A DNA stretch of 64,000 bases from Candidatus Eiseniibacteriota bacterium (GTDB lineage Bacteria > Eisenbacteria > RBG-16-71-46 > CAZAMP01): NCBI GenBank assembly GCA_965224245.1, contig OZ245046.1:2752001-2816000 (forward strand). Reading direction: 5' to 3'. Shown here piece by piece: positions 21,352 to 31,280 of the stretch (positions are counted from its first letter, which is position 1; each line of letters opens with the position of its first letter). The notes below the pieces were generated by a model. It ran no database searches, was not told where the DNA came from, and worked only from the letters and a program-made list of their open reading frames with translations. A program made the translations under genes and the position numbers.

Positions 21352-24059
21352 CACAGGCCCTTCCCCTCACCACGCCCCAGCGCGAGGAGATTGGCGAGAA
21401 GCCGGTACGCGCCGGGCACGCCGGATGGAAGCTGGCGGAAGAGTCCGACCCCGACGTATACCCAGTGTCCGTGGCCGACGCGCGCGTGCACGAGGCCGCC
21501 GGTCCGGGGTCCGGCGTTGTACGGCCACGGATCCTCGAGGGTCAGAAGATCCACGTAGCGTGGGTCGTCGGTCTCCAGGAAGTACAGGCCGCGTTCCTGC
21601 ACCCATCCGCTCCAGTCCGCCTCGCCCAGACGGTTCGGCGTGATGAAGACCGGGTGATCGGGCACGTTCACCTGAACCGGTGATTCCTCCACCGTCACCC
21701 GGCCCCGCCCGACGCGGGCCGCGCCGTACGGGGTGAACGGGCTGTCGTGGCGGCCGTCGTTGAACTCGAACTTGTTGTACTGAACGACGAGCACGCCGCC
21801 CGCGTCCATCCAGCGCACGAGCCGGTCCTGGGCGGCGGCCAGGTCGGCGCGCACCTTGTACGCGCGGACGCCGGTCACGATGACGTCGTAGTCGGAGAGA
21901 TCCCCTTCGAGGAGCGTCGTCGAGTCGAGTCGGTCCACCGCATGGCCCAGTGTCTCGATCGCCTCGCGCGTGCGATCACCCGCGCCGTCGACGTAGCCCA
22001 CCCGGAGACCGCTCGCGCGCGCACAGGGGAACGTGCTCACGTTCGACACCGCGGGGCGAACGAGCCAGGCCCGCCGCACGTGCGGGTAGTCGATCGCCTG
22101 GACGCCGTCCCGACGAACGGCGCCGCTCGCCTCCGATCGGACCCATGCGCCGATCGTCGTCGTCGTGGCGCTCGAGCGCGGCACCTCGAGCGTGAAGCGT
22201 CCCCGCTCGACCTCCCCCGGCTCGAGCGCGAACGTGAGCTCACCGGGCGACACCGACCAGCCTGCCGGCACGTCGAGCCCGGCGGCGACGACTCCGCCCG
22301 CGAGGCTCGTGACCTCGACGTCGATCTCGGCCACGCCGTCCGCGTCGCCGGACAGCGGAACCGCGAGCGCATCGGCCAGGATCCGGACTCCCGGATCGGG
22401 CACGACGTGAACGTCGACCTCGCGCACGGTCGGGAGCTCGGCGTCGATCGTCTGGTGGACCACTCGCACCTCGGGCAGCGCGATCGCGTCGTCACCGTGG
22501 AACAGCGTGGGACGGGCCACGAACGCCGTCCAGCGCGGGCGACGGAACCGGGCGGCCTCCGCCTCGGCGATGGCATTTCCCCGGCGCGGCACCGCGCGGG
22601 CACAGGTCGGCTCGGCATCGGCCCGGGTTCCCAGCGTCACGCGCTCCCGCCGCGTCTCGCCGGGCGCGAGCGACCGCCGCCAGGTGCCGCGTGCCAGCGC
22701 GTCGCCCGGATCCGCGCCGGTCGCGTCCCCGTCGGCCGACCCGGCGAGCGCACGGGCCACGTCACCCGACAGCGTCAGACCGACCTCGACCGGACGTGCG
22801 AGACGATGCCGCATCGCGACGTCGAGCGTCAGCTCCGCGTCGGGACCGACGCTCGCACGGTCGGCGCGGACGACGACGTCGAGCCCCATCGCGATCCCGA
22901 TCGCATGCGCGGCTCGCTCCGCGAGCGTGTCCAGCCGACACCGATCGGTGGCGTCCTCGGCTCCGGCGCGTGCCGCGTGGATCACGCGCCACAGCGAGAT
23001 CAGAGGGTCGACGAGATCCTCCGGCGTCTCCGGGTCGTACGCCGCGCGCACGTCGGCGACCCGAGCCGCCAGCTCGCGGCCGAATGCGGTCGGACCCTGC
23101 TCGTCCTCGACCAGCGGCTCGGGGAGGCCGGCCCAGAAGGCCGGCAGATCCCCCAGGGGCTCACCGCGCGAGGCCGCCCATCGCCAGCGCGACTCGCGCG
23201 AAGCCAGAGGCTCGAACGTTGCGGCCATGCCCTGGCACTTGTGTTGCGCGCGGGACGCGAGGCCGACGCGCGCGTAGCTCGCGCCGAGAATGGGGTCCAC
23301 GACCCCCAGCGGAATGCGGACCTCGTTCTCGATCTCGGCCTCGGGATCCCACTCCTGACGGAACAGGCGGGCCGCGGCGTGCGGCTCGCCGAGCTCGGGC
23401 CACTGGGGCGTGGCTGCGACGTCGAACGCGCGACGCGCGAGACGCGCGCTCGCCTGGTGGTGCTGGCCGCCGCCCGGCCCGTCGTCGAGCATCGTCAACA
23501 CGACGTCCGGACGCCACTCGCGCACGACGGCGACCACGTCCCGGAGGATGGACTCCTCGTCCCACTTCTCGTAGGTCTCCTCGACCGAGAACGAGTAGCC
23601 GAACTCGAACGCACGCGAGAAGAACTGCGTGACACCGGTGTACGCGGCCGCCGATTCGAGCTCCCGCCCGCGCAGCACGCCGAGCGCATCGAAGAGCTCG
23701 GTGCCGATCTCGTTCTGACCGCCTTCGCCGCGCGTCAGCGTCAGGAGCGCCACCTCGGCGCCGTCGCGATGAACCAGCCGCGCGAGGAGACCGGCGTCCT
23801 CGTCGTCGGGATGAGCGGTCACGTAGAGAACGCGCCGCGTCTGATCCAGCTTGCGCAGGACGAGCGCCAGCTCGCGGGCGTCGTCGATCGCCGGCGCGAG
23901 GGCGTTCGTCACCGAGGCCGTGCCGCCGATCGCGATCGCGGACACGACGCTCACCGCCGTGGCACGCAGGCACGACGGAGCGAGCCCGCGCCGCCGGCTC
24001 GGGGGGGCACTCGTCGCGGTCCAGAGACGCGTCTGTCGTCGCGAGCGAGGTGCGTGCAT
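21351..24059 (-). CDS. Secreted PIG-L/LmbE family deacetylase with NEW3-like and GATase-like C-terminal domains
   Basis: AHPDDE, LTRGEGGQNEIG, R..EL, FGYS.S.EET, GQHHQ; C-terminal GWVQERGLYF, FRQLP.GVPGAYRLLANLL. Confidence 0.9.
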   Translation of the reverse strand: MHAPRSRRQTRLWTATSAPPSRRRGLAPSCLRATAVSVVSAIAIGGTASVTNALAPAIDDARELALVLRKLDQTRRVLYVTAHPDDEDAGLLARLVHRDGAEVALLTLTRGEGGQNEIGTELFDALGVLRGRELESAAAYTGVTQFFSRAFEFGYSFSVEETYEKWDEESILRDVVAVVREWRPDVVLTMLDDGPGGGQHHQASARLARRAFDVAATPQWPELGEPHAAARLFRQEWDPEAEIENEVRIPLGVVDPILGASYARVGLASRAQHKCQGMAATFEPLASRESRWRWAASRGEPLGDLPAFWAGLPEPLVEDEQGPTAFGRELAARVADVRAAYDPETPEDLVDPLISLWRVIHAARAGAEDATDRCRLDTLAERAAHAIGIAMGLDVVVRADRASVGPDAELTLDVAMRHRLARPVEVGLTLSGDVARALAGSADGDATGADPGDALARGTWRRSLAPGETRRERVTLGTRADAEPTCARAVPRRGNAIAEAEAARFRRPRWTAFVARPTLFHGDDAIALPEVRVVHQTIDAELPTVREVDVHVVPDPGVRILADALAVPLSGDADGVAEIDVEVTSLAGGVVAAGLDVPAGWSVSPGELTFALEPGEVERGRFTLEVPRSSATTTTIGAWVRSEASGAVRRDGVQAIDYPHVRRAWLVRPAVSNVSTFPCARASGLRVGYVDGAGDRTREAIETLGHAVDRLDSTTLLEGDLSDYDVIVTGVRAYKVRADLAAAQDRLVRWMDAGGVLVVQYNKFEFNDGRHDSPFTPYGAARVGRGRVTVEESPVQVNVPDHPVFITPNRLGEADWSGWVQERGLYFLETDDPRYVDLLTLEDPWPYNAGPRTGGLVHARVGHGHWVYVGVGLFRQLPSGVPGAYRLLANLLALGRGEGKGL

Positions 24060-24186
24060 CCGATTCCTCCCGGTGTTCGTGGCGAGGGACGGGGCGATCA
24101 TACATGAGGGCGGTCGCACGCTCGATCGGGTATTCTCGAACGTCCTCGTGTCGTCGTGGTACCGCTCGTGTCCGGGAGGGAAGCCT

Positions 24187-25851
24187 GTGCGCCCGTTCGA
24201 CTGGATGATCTTCGTCGGTTTTCTGGCCTACGTGGTGATCGACGGGCTCCGCCGCGGTCGGGGCCAGCGAACCTCCGAGGATTACTTCCTGGCCGGGCGC
24301 GGCGTGAGGTGGTGGGGCGTGTGGCTCTCGATCATGGCCACGCAGGCCTCGGCGATCACGATGGTCGGAACCACCGGGCAGGGATGGCTGGACGGTACGC
24401 GATTCGTCCAGTTCTACTTCGGGCTTCCGATCGCGATGCTGATCCTCGCGTACACGGCCGTGCCCGCCTATCACCGTACGGGCGTCACCACCGCCTACGA
24501 GTACCTGGGGCGCCGCTTCGACGCGAAGACGCGCACGCTGTCGGCGGTGCTGTTCCTGGTGCTGCGCGGGCTGTCGGTGGGGTTCGTGATTCACGCGCCC
24601 GCCCTCGTCCTGGCCAAGATCTTCGCGCTGCCGCTGGGTGCGACCGTGGTCGCGACCGGCGGGGTGGCGATCGCCTACACGGTCGTGGGAGGCCTCGGCG
24701 CCGTCATCTCCACCGACGTCAAGCAGATGATCGTCATGTCGGTCGGCCTGGCGGTCGCGTTCGGCTGCGCGATCGCGACGCTTCCCGATCACGTGGGGTT
24801 CGACGGGGCGTTGACGCTCGCGCGCGCCAGCGGACATCTCGTGCTCGCGGACACCCGCTGGGACCCGGCCGAGAAGTACACGATCTGGTCGAGCCTGCTC
24901 GGCGGCCTGTTCCTGTTTCTGTCGTACTTTGGAACCGACCAGAGCCAGGCGCAGCGACTGCTCGCGTCGCGCTCGATGCGCGACACCCGGCTCGCGTTGC
25001 TCCTGAACGGCGTGTTCAAGATCCCGTTCCAGCTCCTGGTGCTCCTGACGGGAACGCTTCTGTTCGTGCACTACCTGTACGCGGAGCCGCGTGTGAGCTT
25101 CGATCCGGCCGAGCCGTCCGAGCGCTCGGCGCTGGTCGAGACCGAGCGTCAGACGTACGACGACACCGTGACCGCCTACTCGGAAGCGCAGGTCGCGGCG
25201 CGGGCGGCGGCCGAGCGGGTGCTGGAGGACCCCCGAGACGCGGCGAGCGCGGCCGCGTTCCGCGACGCGCTGGACACCGCGCGCGCGGAGCGGGCGGCAG
25301 CCACGGATGCTCGCGGCGGCGGCTCCGACACGAACTACGTGTTCCTGGACTTCATCCTCGGGTGGATGCCGGTCGGACTGGCGGGACTCCTCCTGGCCGC
25401 GATCTTCGCGGCGGCGCTCTCCAGCATCGACTCGGAGCTGAACGCGATGGCGACGGTGGCGGTGGTGGACGTCTACCAGCGCATCCGACCCGGCTCGGCG
25501 TCGATCGTCGCGGTCTCGCGCATGGCGACGCTCGTCGTGGGCACCGGCGCCACCGCGTTCGCGCTGTACGCGGGGCACATGGGCTCGTTGATCGAGGCGG
25601 TCAACCGGGTGGGGTCGTACGTGTACGGCTCGCTCCTGGGCGCGTTCGTTCTCGCGTGGCTCGTGCCCCGGGCGACCGGCCACGGCGCATTCGTGGGCCT
25701 TCTGTGCGGGATGCTGGTGGTCGGCGTGGCCGCCGAGACCGACCTCGCGTTCCTGTTCCTGAACGCGATCGGGACCGTGACCGTCGTCGTCGTGGGGACG
25801 CTGGTCTCGATCGCGACCGGCGCCCGCGACGGCGACGCTACGGCGTCCTGA
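24187..25851 (+). CDS. Sodium:solute symporter family protein
   Basis: YFLAGR, SIMATQASAIT, TAYEYLGRRF, SYFGTDQSQAQR, GLLLAAIFAAALSS; many TM helices. Confidence 0.92.
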   Translation: MRPFDWMIFVGFLAYVVIDGLRRGRGQRTSEDYFLAGRGVRWWGVWLSIMATQASAITMVGTTGQGWLDGTRFVQFYFGLPIAMLILAYTAVPAYHRTGVTTAYEYLGRRFDAKTRTLSAVLFLVLRGLSVGFVIHAPALVLAKIFALPLGATVVATGGVAIAYTVVGGLGAVISTDVKQMIVMSVGLAVAFGCAIATLPDHVGFDGALTLARASGHLVLADTRWDPAEKYTIWSSLLGGLFLFLSYFGTDQSQAQRLLASRSMRDTRLALLLNGVFKIPFQLLVLLTGTLLFVHYLYAEPRVSFDPAEPSERSALVETERQTYDDTVTAYSEAQVAARAAAERVLEDPRDAASAAAFRDALDTARAERAAATDARGGGSDTNYVFLDFILGWMPVGLAGLLLAAIFAAALSSIDSELNAMATVAVVDVYQRIRPGSASIVAVSRMATLVVGTGATAFALYAGHMGSLIEAVNRVGSYVYGSLLGAFVLAWLVPRATGHGAFVGLLCGMLVVGVAAETDLAFLFLNAIGTVTVVVVGTLVSIATGARDGDATAS

Positions 25852-26431
25852 GGAACGCGGACTCCTCGATCGCCCCCCCGAAGATGTCCTTGAAGTCCGT
25901 GCCGCGATCGGCCGCCCCTTCGTCGTTCGCGATCACGAGTCCGAGCCGGGCGAACGCCTTCCAGCCGCTGTTCGTGGCGTCGGGTACCACCAGGTTCAGG
26001 TCGGTCTCGGCGAAGTCCACGACGACCGTGGCCAGACCGTTCACCGGGTTCTCGGGGATCGCCTTCAGATAGGGCCCGTACGGATGGGCGGCGTCACGCT
26101 CGGTGCTCGTGATCCCCGACGCATTCGACGGAAACAAGAGCTGGCGCTCGAACGCGATCCGGGCCTCCGCGGCCGATGCGACGTCGGTGCCGTCCGACGC
26201 CTTCTTCAGCCCCGGGTAGACGCCGCGATGCTGGTGTCGGTAGAGCTCGACGGCCGAATTGAGCGCGCGGAGATCGCGCCGGAGCGCGGCGGTCTTCGCG
26301 TCGGCCGAGCTCGTCGCGAATCGCGGGATCGCCACCGCGGCCAGGACCGATACGACCGTGACGACGATGAGGAGCTCGACGAGCGTGAGCCCGTCGCGAG
26401 CTCTGAGGACGTGCATGACTTTCGCTTCCAT
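25838..26431 (-). CDS. Type IV pilin / pseudopilin (prepilin N-methylation domain) protein
   Basis: RDG|LTLVELLIVVTVVSVLAAVAIPRF; YGPYL..IPENPVNG. Confidence 0.85.
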   Translation of the reverse strand: MEAKVMHVLRARDGLTLVELLIVVTVVSVLAAVAIPRFATSSADAKTAALRRDLRALNSAVELYRHQHRGVYPGLKKASDGTDVASAAEARIAFERQLLFPSNASGITSTERDAAHPYGPYLKAIPENPVNGLATVVVDFAETDLNLVVPDATNSGWKAFARLGLVIANDEGAADRGTDFKDIFGGAIEESAFLRTP

Positions 26432-26643
26432 CGGACGGCCCCCGTGGAGAGCGCGGCCGAGCTGGGCACCGGAGTCGAAACGGCCTGTCGAACACTCCTA
26501 TCGACACCGCGCGTCGACCGCTTCAGCGGGCCCTATCTGGAGGCGTAGTATGTTGCACGACAATTACCTAGACCCCGAGGGACGGCTGACCACGACCGCT
26601 CGGACTCCCCCCGGAGAGCGGCGCGGGGCCGGCCGCGGCCGGC

Positions 26644-26868
26644 CTAGGGCTGGAAGGGCTGCGCCCCGTGGCGCTCGAGAACGGCCCGCCAGGTCTCCTC
26701 GTCGAGAACCTCCGACTCCTCGATCAGCATGATCGGGATGTCGTCCTCCACGCGATAGCGGCGCCGCGTGGCCGGATCGGTCGAGACGAGCGTGTCACCG
26801 TCCACGACGAGAGGCGCCTTGCTCTCGGGGCAGACGAGGATCTCCAGGAGCTCGGGTGAGATCGCCAT
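26644..26868 (-). CDS. Trm112-family protein
   Basis: ELLEILVCPESKAPL..RYRVEDDIPIMLIEE. Confidence 0.9.
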   Translation of the reverse strand: MAISPELLEILVCPESKAPLVVDGDTLVSTDPATRRRYRVEDDIPIMLIEESEVLDEETWRAVLERHGAQPFQP

Positions 26869-27105
26869 CGGTCGGATCCCGTCCTTTCACGGATTGCGTG
26901 ACGCGGCAGCTGACTCCGGCGCCGAGTGTACATGTCCCCGGTGCGCCCCGCGACCGGGCGTCGCGAGTCCCGGTGCGCGTGCGGCGTCGCGGAAGCTCGC
27001 CGCCCGGACCCGGACGTCCGGCCCGGGCACATCGTACGCAATCGCACGCTCGCGTCGGGCCGCGCGCGCACTGCCGGACACAGAGAAGCGGCCACCCCCA
27101 TCCCC

Positions 27106-27176
27106 TAAGATATTAATATAGAAAGACTTAAATCGAATCTCGCAGCCCCGACCGATCCCTTGGCCCCACCCTTGCT
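27106..27176 (+). promoter_or_regulatory. Putative sigma54 (-24/-12) promoter with upstream IHF-like site
   Basis: TGGCCC-N5-TTGCT at 27161-27176; TATTAATATCTTA (minus strand, 27106-27118) matches 8 of 9 specified positions of WATCAANNNNTTR within an AT-rich patch. Confidence 0.7.
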
Positions 27177-27239
27177 GTTCTCCAGGGGCATCCCTCCCGT
27201 CGCGCGACGTCGCGTCCGTCACCAGCCTCGGAGGTCCTC

Positions 27240-27335
27240 ATGCCCGCGACCCCGTTCCGCCACGACCACATCCCGTCGGCACCGGTCCCTCTGGGCACGG
27301 GCTCGCTGGAGATCTGGCAAGGCATCGACACGTAG
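27240..27335 (+). CDS. Unannotated 31-aa small protein MPATPFRHDHIPSAPVPLGTGSLEIWQGIDT
   Basis: GGAGGT RBS just upstream of ATG 27240; most codons end in G/C; follows the sigma54-like promoter. Confidence 0.55.
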   Translation: MPATPFRHDHIPSAPVPLGTGSLEIWQGIDT

Positions 27336-27359
27336 GCGACGCGCCGCCGTCGTGGGCGG

Positions 27360-27382
27360 GCAATGGCGCCACCGGCCATTGC
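27360..27382 (+). terminator. Inverted-repeat hairpin downstream of the small ORF
   Basis: gcaatggc-N7-gccattgc; no U-tract. Confidence 0.4.
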
Positions 27383-27465
27383 GGCGAGAACCCGTCGGCG
27401 CGCCCCGCGTGCTAGTGTCCCGGGTCCGACGTCACGTCCGGTGGCAATCGACGGGGAGCGAGCAG

Positions 27466-30400
27466 GTGCCGATCTCATACCGTCCCGCCCCGGTCCTCGC
27501 CGCGCGCGGGGTCCTCGGGGTCGCGGCGACGGTCCTGGCCGCGTCCGCCCTCTCGGCCGCGATCACGAACGCGAATCCGGGCGACGCGAGCGGGCGCGAT
27601 CCTCGAGACCACCGGCCGCTCACCTCGTGGGTGGACCCGTTCATCGGCACCGGCGGGCACGGTCACACGTTCCCGGGGGCGACCCGCCCGTTCGGGATGG
27701 TGCAGCTGAGTCCGGATACGGGCACCTCGGGCTGGGACCGGTGCTCGGGGTACCACGCCTCTGACTCGACGCTCCTCGGGTTCAGCCACACGCACCTGTC
27801 CGGCACGGGCATCGCGGACTACGGGGACATCCTCCTCCTCCCGTTCACCGGCGAGATCGCCTGGGAGCCCGGCGCCCCGGAGGATCCCGACGGCGGCTAC
27901 CGCACGCGATTCCGACACGAGACCGAGCGGGCCGCGCCCGGATACTACCGGGTGCACCTGGACGACGACGCGATCGACGTCGAGCTGACCGCGACTCCAC
28001 GCGTCGGGGCTCACCGCTATCACGCCGCGGCCACCGAGAGCCTGCGCGTGCTCGTGGATCTGATCCACGGCCTCGGGCCCGATCGCGTCGTCGAGTCGTG
28101 GCTCCGCGTCGCCAGCGCGACGTCGTGGGCCGCACACCGACGTTCGGCGGGATGGGCGGCCGACCAGCGGGTGTTCGCGGTCGCGGAGTTCTCACGCCCG
28201 GTGGTGTCCGTCCGGATCCGCGTCGGCGACGAGGAGGTGCTCGCCGCCCCCGCCGCGCTGCTCGGTCGCGTGCGTCACGGTGACGCGGTGCGCGCCGTGT
28301 TCACCTTCGCCCCCAGCGCCGAGCCGCTCGTGGTCGAGGTCGCGCTCTCCCCGGTCGGGGCGGAGGGCGCCCGCGCCAACCTCGACGCCGAGGGCTCCGG
28401 CTTCGACTTCGATCGCGTGAGACGCGAGGCCGATGCGGCGTGGGAGCGCGCGCTGGGTCGGATCCGGGTCAGCGGCGGCTCGGACCGCGATCGCCGCGTG
28501 TTCCACACGGCCCTCTACCACACGATGATCGCGCCCAACCTCTACTCCGACGTGGACGGGCGCACCCGCACCATGGACGGACGCGTGACGTCGTTCGATC
28601 GACCGCACTACACCGTCTTCTCGCTCTGGGACACGTTTCGCGCCCTGCATCCCCTGCACGCGCTGCTCGACCCCGAGCGTGCGGCGGACTTCGTGCGCGC
28701 GCTCCTGGCCGGCGATGCCGCCACCGGTCGCCTCCCCATCTGGTCGCTGGCCGCCAACGAGACGGGCACCATGATCGGGGATCATGCGGTGTCGGTGATC
28801 GCCGACGCGATGGCCAAGGGCATTCCCATCGAGGATCCTGCCGCGGCGCTGGACGCCTGCGTGCGGGCCTGCGACGCGCGCGACCGGGGTCGCGATCTCC
28901 TCGACGCACTCGGCTACATTCCCTGCGACCGCGAGCCCGAGTCGGTCTCCAAGCTCCTGGAGTACGCGTACGACGACTGGTGCGTGTCCGCGATGGCCCG
29001 CCGGGTCGCGGACGCGGGCTCGCCGTCTGATCGCGCGCGCAGGATCCGGGTGGCCGACGCGTTCGCCGCCCGCGCGAGCGCGCCGTGGACGAGCTTCGAT
29101 CCGGAATCGAGGTTCATGCGTCCGCGAACGCTCGCCGGGCGGTGGCTCGAACCGTTCGATCCGCGCTTCGACCTGACGCGCCGGCGGCACTACACCGAGG
29201 CCAACGCGTGGCAGTACACCTGGTTCGTCCCCCACGACGTGGCGGGGCTCATCGACCGGATGGGCGGCGACGCCGCGTTCGTGGCCAGGCTGGACTCGCT
29301 GTTCGCCGCCCCCCCGGTGACCGGCGAGCACACGGCCCCCGACGTGACCGGGCTGATCGGCCAGTACGCCCACGGCAACGAGCCGAGCCATCACGTCGCG
29401 TTCCTGTACGCGTACGCGGGGGCCCCGCATCGCACCGAGGCGATCGTGGGCGAGATCCTCGACACGCTTCACGACGACACGCGCGCGGGCCTGCCCGGAA
29501 ACGAGGACTGCGGACAGATGTCGGCCTGGATCGTCTTCGCGATGCTCGGGCTCTACCCCGTGTGTCCCGGACAGCCCACGTACGTGACGTGCACGCCGCG
29601 CTTCGATCGCGCCGAGATCCGCTTCGGCCCCGGCGGGACCGGCGAGGGCTCGGACACCCGGAGGCCGTTCGTGATCGAGGCGGGGGGCGATGGTGCGTAC
29701 GTGCGCGACGCGTCGCTCGGCGGGCGTCCGTTCCGGCGGACGGTCCTGACCCATGCCGAGATCACCGGCGGGGGCACGCTACGCGTGACCCGTGGGCGTG
29801 AGCCCGATCTGTCGCGCGGTCGCGAGCCCGACGACCGTCCCCCGAGTCCGGCGCCGGCGGACGTGACGATGCCCCCCGTGATCGTGGCCGAGGCCGAGTC
29901 GTTCGTCGATTCGCTTCGCGTGACGCTGGATACGCCCCCGGGCACCGATGCATTCGTCACGCTCGACGGCACGGCGCCCGGTCCGCCGGCCACGCGCCAT
30001 ACGGGTCCGCTCGCGCTCGTGGAGGACACGCTGGTTCGCGCGCGGGCGGTCGAGCCGGGAGCCCGCCCGAGCCGGACCGTGTGGCGGCGGTTCGTGCGCG
30101 TGCCCGGGCGCCAGATCGTCGAGATCACGCACCCGTACAGCGAGCTGTACACCGCGGGCGGGGATCGCGGTCTCGTGGACGGCCTCTCCGGCTCCACCGA
30201 CTACGCCGACGGCCGATGGCAGGGCTACGAGCACCACGACCTGGACGTGCTCGTCGACCTCGAGGCGCCGACGCCGATCCACTCGATCACGCTCGGGTGC
30301 CTGCAGGACGTGGGCGTGTGGATCTTCCTGCCCGAGTTCGTGGACGTGGCGCTGTCGCAGGACGGCGCGATCTTCACCGACGTGGCCCACGTGACCCACA

Positions 30401-30573
30401 CCGAGCCCCAGGACCGGCGGGACGTGTTCACCCACGAGTTCCGCGCGGACTTCGATGGACGCGAGGCGCGCTACGTCCGCGTCCGCGCCCGGAACGTGGG
30501 AACGTGCCCGGCATGGCATCGTGGCGCCGGCCGGCCGTGCTGGGTGTTCGCCGACGAGGTCGGGATCCGGTAG
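27466..30573 (+). CDS. GH92 alpha-mannosidase with C-terminal Fn3-associated and F5/8-like domains
   Basis: VDPFIGTGGHGHTFPGATRPFGMVQLSPD, GFSHTHLSGTG, FSLWDTFR, YTEANAWQY, YAHGNEPSHH, GNEDCGQMSAW. Confidence 0.93.
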   Translation: MPISYRPAPVLAARGVLGVAATVLAASALSAAITNANPGDASGRDPRDHRPLTSWVDPFIGTGGHGHTFPGATRPFGMVQLSPDTGTSGWDRCSGYHASDSTLLGFSHTHLSGTGIADYGDILLLPFTGEIAWEPGAPEDPDGGYRTRFRHETERAAPGYYRVHLDDDAIDVELTATPRVGAHRYHAAATESLRVLVDLIHGLGPDRVVESWLRVASATSWAAHRRSAGWAADQRVFAVAEFSRPVVSVRIRVGDEEVLAAPAALLGRVRHGDAVRAVFTFAPSAEPLVVEVALSPVGAEGARANLDAEGSGFDFDRVRREADAAWERALGRIRVSGGSDRDRRVFHTALYHTMIAPNLYSDVDGRTRTMDGRVTSFDRPHYTVFSLWDTFRALHPLHALLDPERAADFVRALLAGDAATGRLPIWSLAANETGTMIGDHAVSVIADAMAKGIPIEDPAAALDACVRACDARDRGRDLLDALGYIPCDREPESVSKLLEYAYDDWCVSAMARRVADAGSPSDRARRIRVADAFAARASAPWTSFDPESRFMRPRTLAGRWLEPFDPRFDLTRRRHYTEANAWQYTWFVPHDVAGLIDRMGGDAAFVARLDSLFAAPPVTGEHTAPDVTGLIGQYAHGNEPSHHVAFLYAYAGAPHRTEAIVGEILDTLHDDTRAGLPGNEDCGQMSAWIVFAMLGLYPVCPGQPTYVTCTPRFDRAEIRFGPGGTGEGSDTRRPFVIEAGGDGAYVRDASLGGRPFRRTVLTHAEITGGGTLRVTRGREPDLSRGREPDDRPPSPAPADVTMPPVIVAEAESFVDSLRVTLDTPPGTDAFVTLDGTAPGPPATRHTGPLALVEDTLVRARAVEPGARPSRTVWRRFVRVPGRQIVEITHPYSELYTAGGDRGLVDGLSGSTDYADGRWQGYEHHDLDVLVDLEAPTPIHSITLGCLQDVGVWIFLPEFVDVALSQDGAIFTDVAHVTHTEPQDRRDVFTHEFRADFDGREARYVRVRARNVGTCPAWHRGAGRPCWVFADEVGIR

Positions 30574-30587
30574 GAGCCGCCGCGCGC

Positions 30588-31100
30588 CTACGCCGATGCC
30601 CGGTTCAGCCGGTGACGCCACCGCCCGAGCACGCGGTTGATCTGGTGGTCACGCGAGAGGAACTTGATCACCGGTGACGAGCGCCGGCCCATGCGTGCGA
30701 TCGTGGCCACGATGAGCCCGTGGTTGGGCTCGATCGAGAGCCCCCGCGCCAGCGCCTCGTAGGCGTCACCCCGACGTCCGCTGAGCAGATAGACCCGCCC
30801 GAGATTGCAGTAGAGCTGGGCGTTGAAGGATTCCCGGCCCACCGCGTTCTCGCAGAGCCGTGTTCCCTCGTCAAATCGTCGCTCGGCGCGCGCGAGGCAC
30901 AGCCCGTAGTACGACTCGATCTCGGCGCTCTTCGGATCCAGCGTCGCCGCACGCCGGAACAGCCGCAGGGCCTCGCGCGGATCGTTCTTCTTGTCCAGGA
31001 GAACGCGTCCGGCCGCGGCGAGCGTGATCGGATCGTCCGGATTCACACCGTTCGAGTGCGAATGAGGGACGTCCTTCCGAAGTGCGCGCGTCGTTGCCAT
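30588..31100 (-). CDS. Small TPR protein
   Basis: EALRLFRRAATLDP, LYCNLGRVYLLSGRRGDAYEALARGLSIEP. Confidence 0.8.
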   Translation of the reverse strand: MATTRALRKDVPHSHSNGVNPDDPITLAAAGRVLLDKKNDPREALRLFRRAATLDPKSAEIESYYGLCLARAERRFDEGTRLCENAVGRESFNAQLYCNLGRVYLLSGRRGDAYEALARGLSIEPNHGLIVATIARMGRRSSPVIKFLSRDHQINRVLGRWRHRLNRASA

Positions 31101-31280
31101 GATCGGAACCCTCGCAGCGGTTGGGGTGGTGCGACTGGTCGCTCTCGACACATCGAGACGCCCGTTCGGGGATGCAGAAGACGTTCCGTCGCCACCGGTC
31201 GATGACGGCCGAAACGACGGCCGTCCCGAGCCGATCCTGCCGGTCGACGGCGTGGACACGCTCGGGTAGACTCGCCAACC

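Noticed and set aside
26627-26644. Perfect GC palindrome after the Trm112-like gene as a REP or mobile-element end
   Set aside because: Only one copy noticed and low complexity; at most a terminator-like hairpin
27104-27135. AT-rich patch as a dif site or replication origin
   Set aside because: No XerD arm (TTATGTTAAAT) and no DnaA boxes; better explained as an IHF-like site
27160-27465. N-terminal extension of GH92 as given in the ORF track
   Set aside because: It overlaps the sigma54 element and the small ORF; the signal-like region and a GGGGAG RBS support the GTG at 27466
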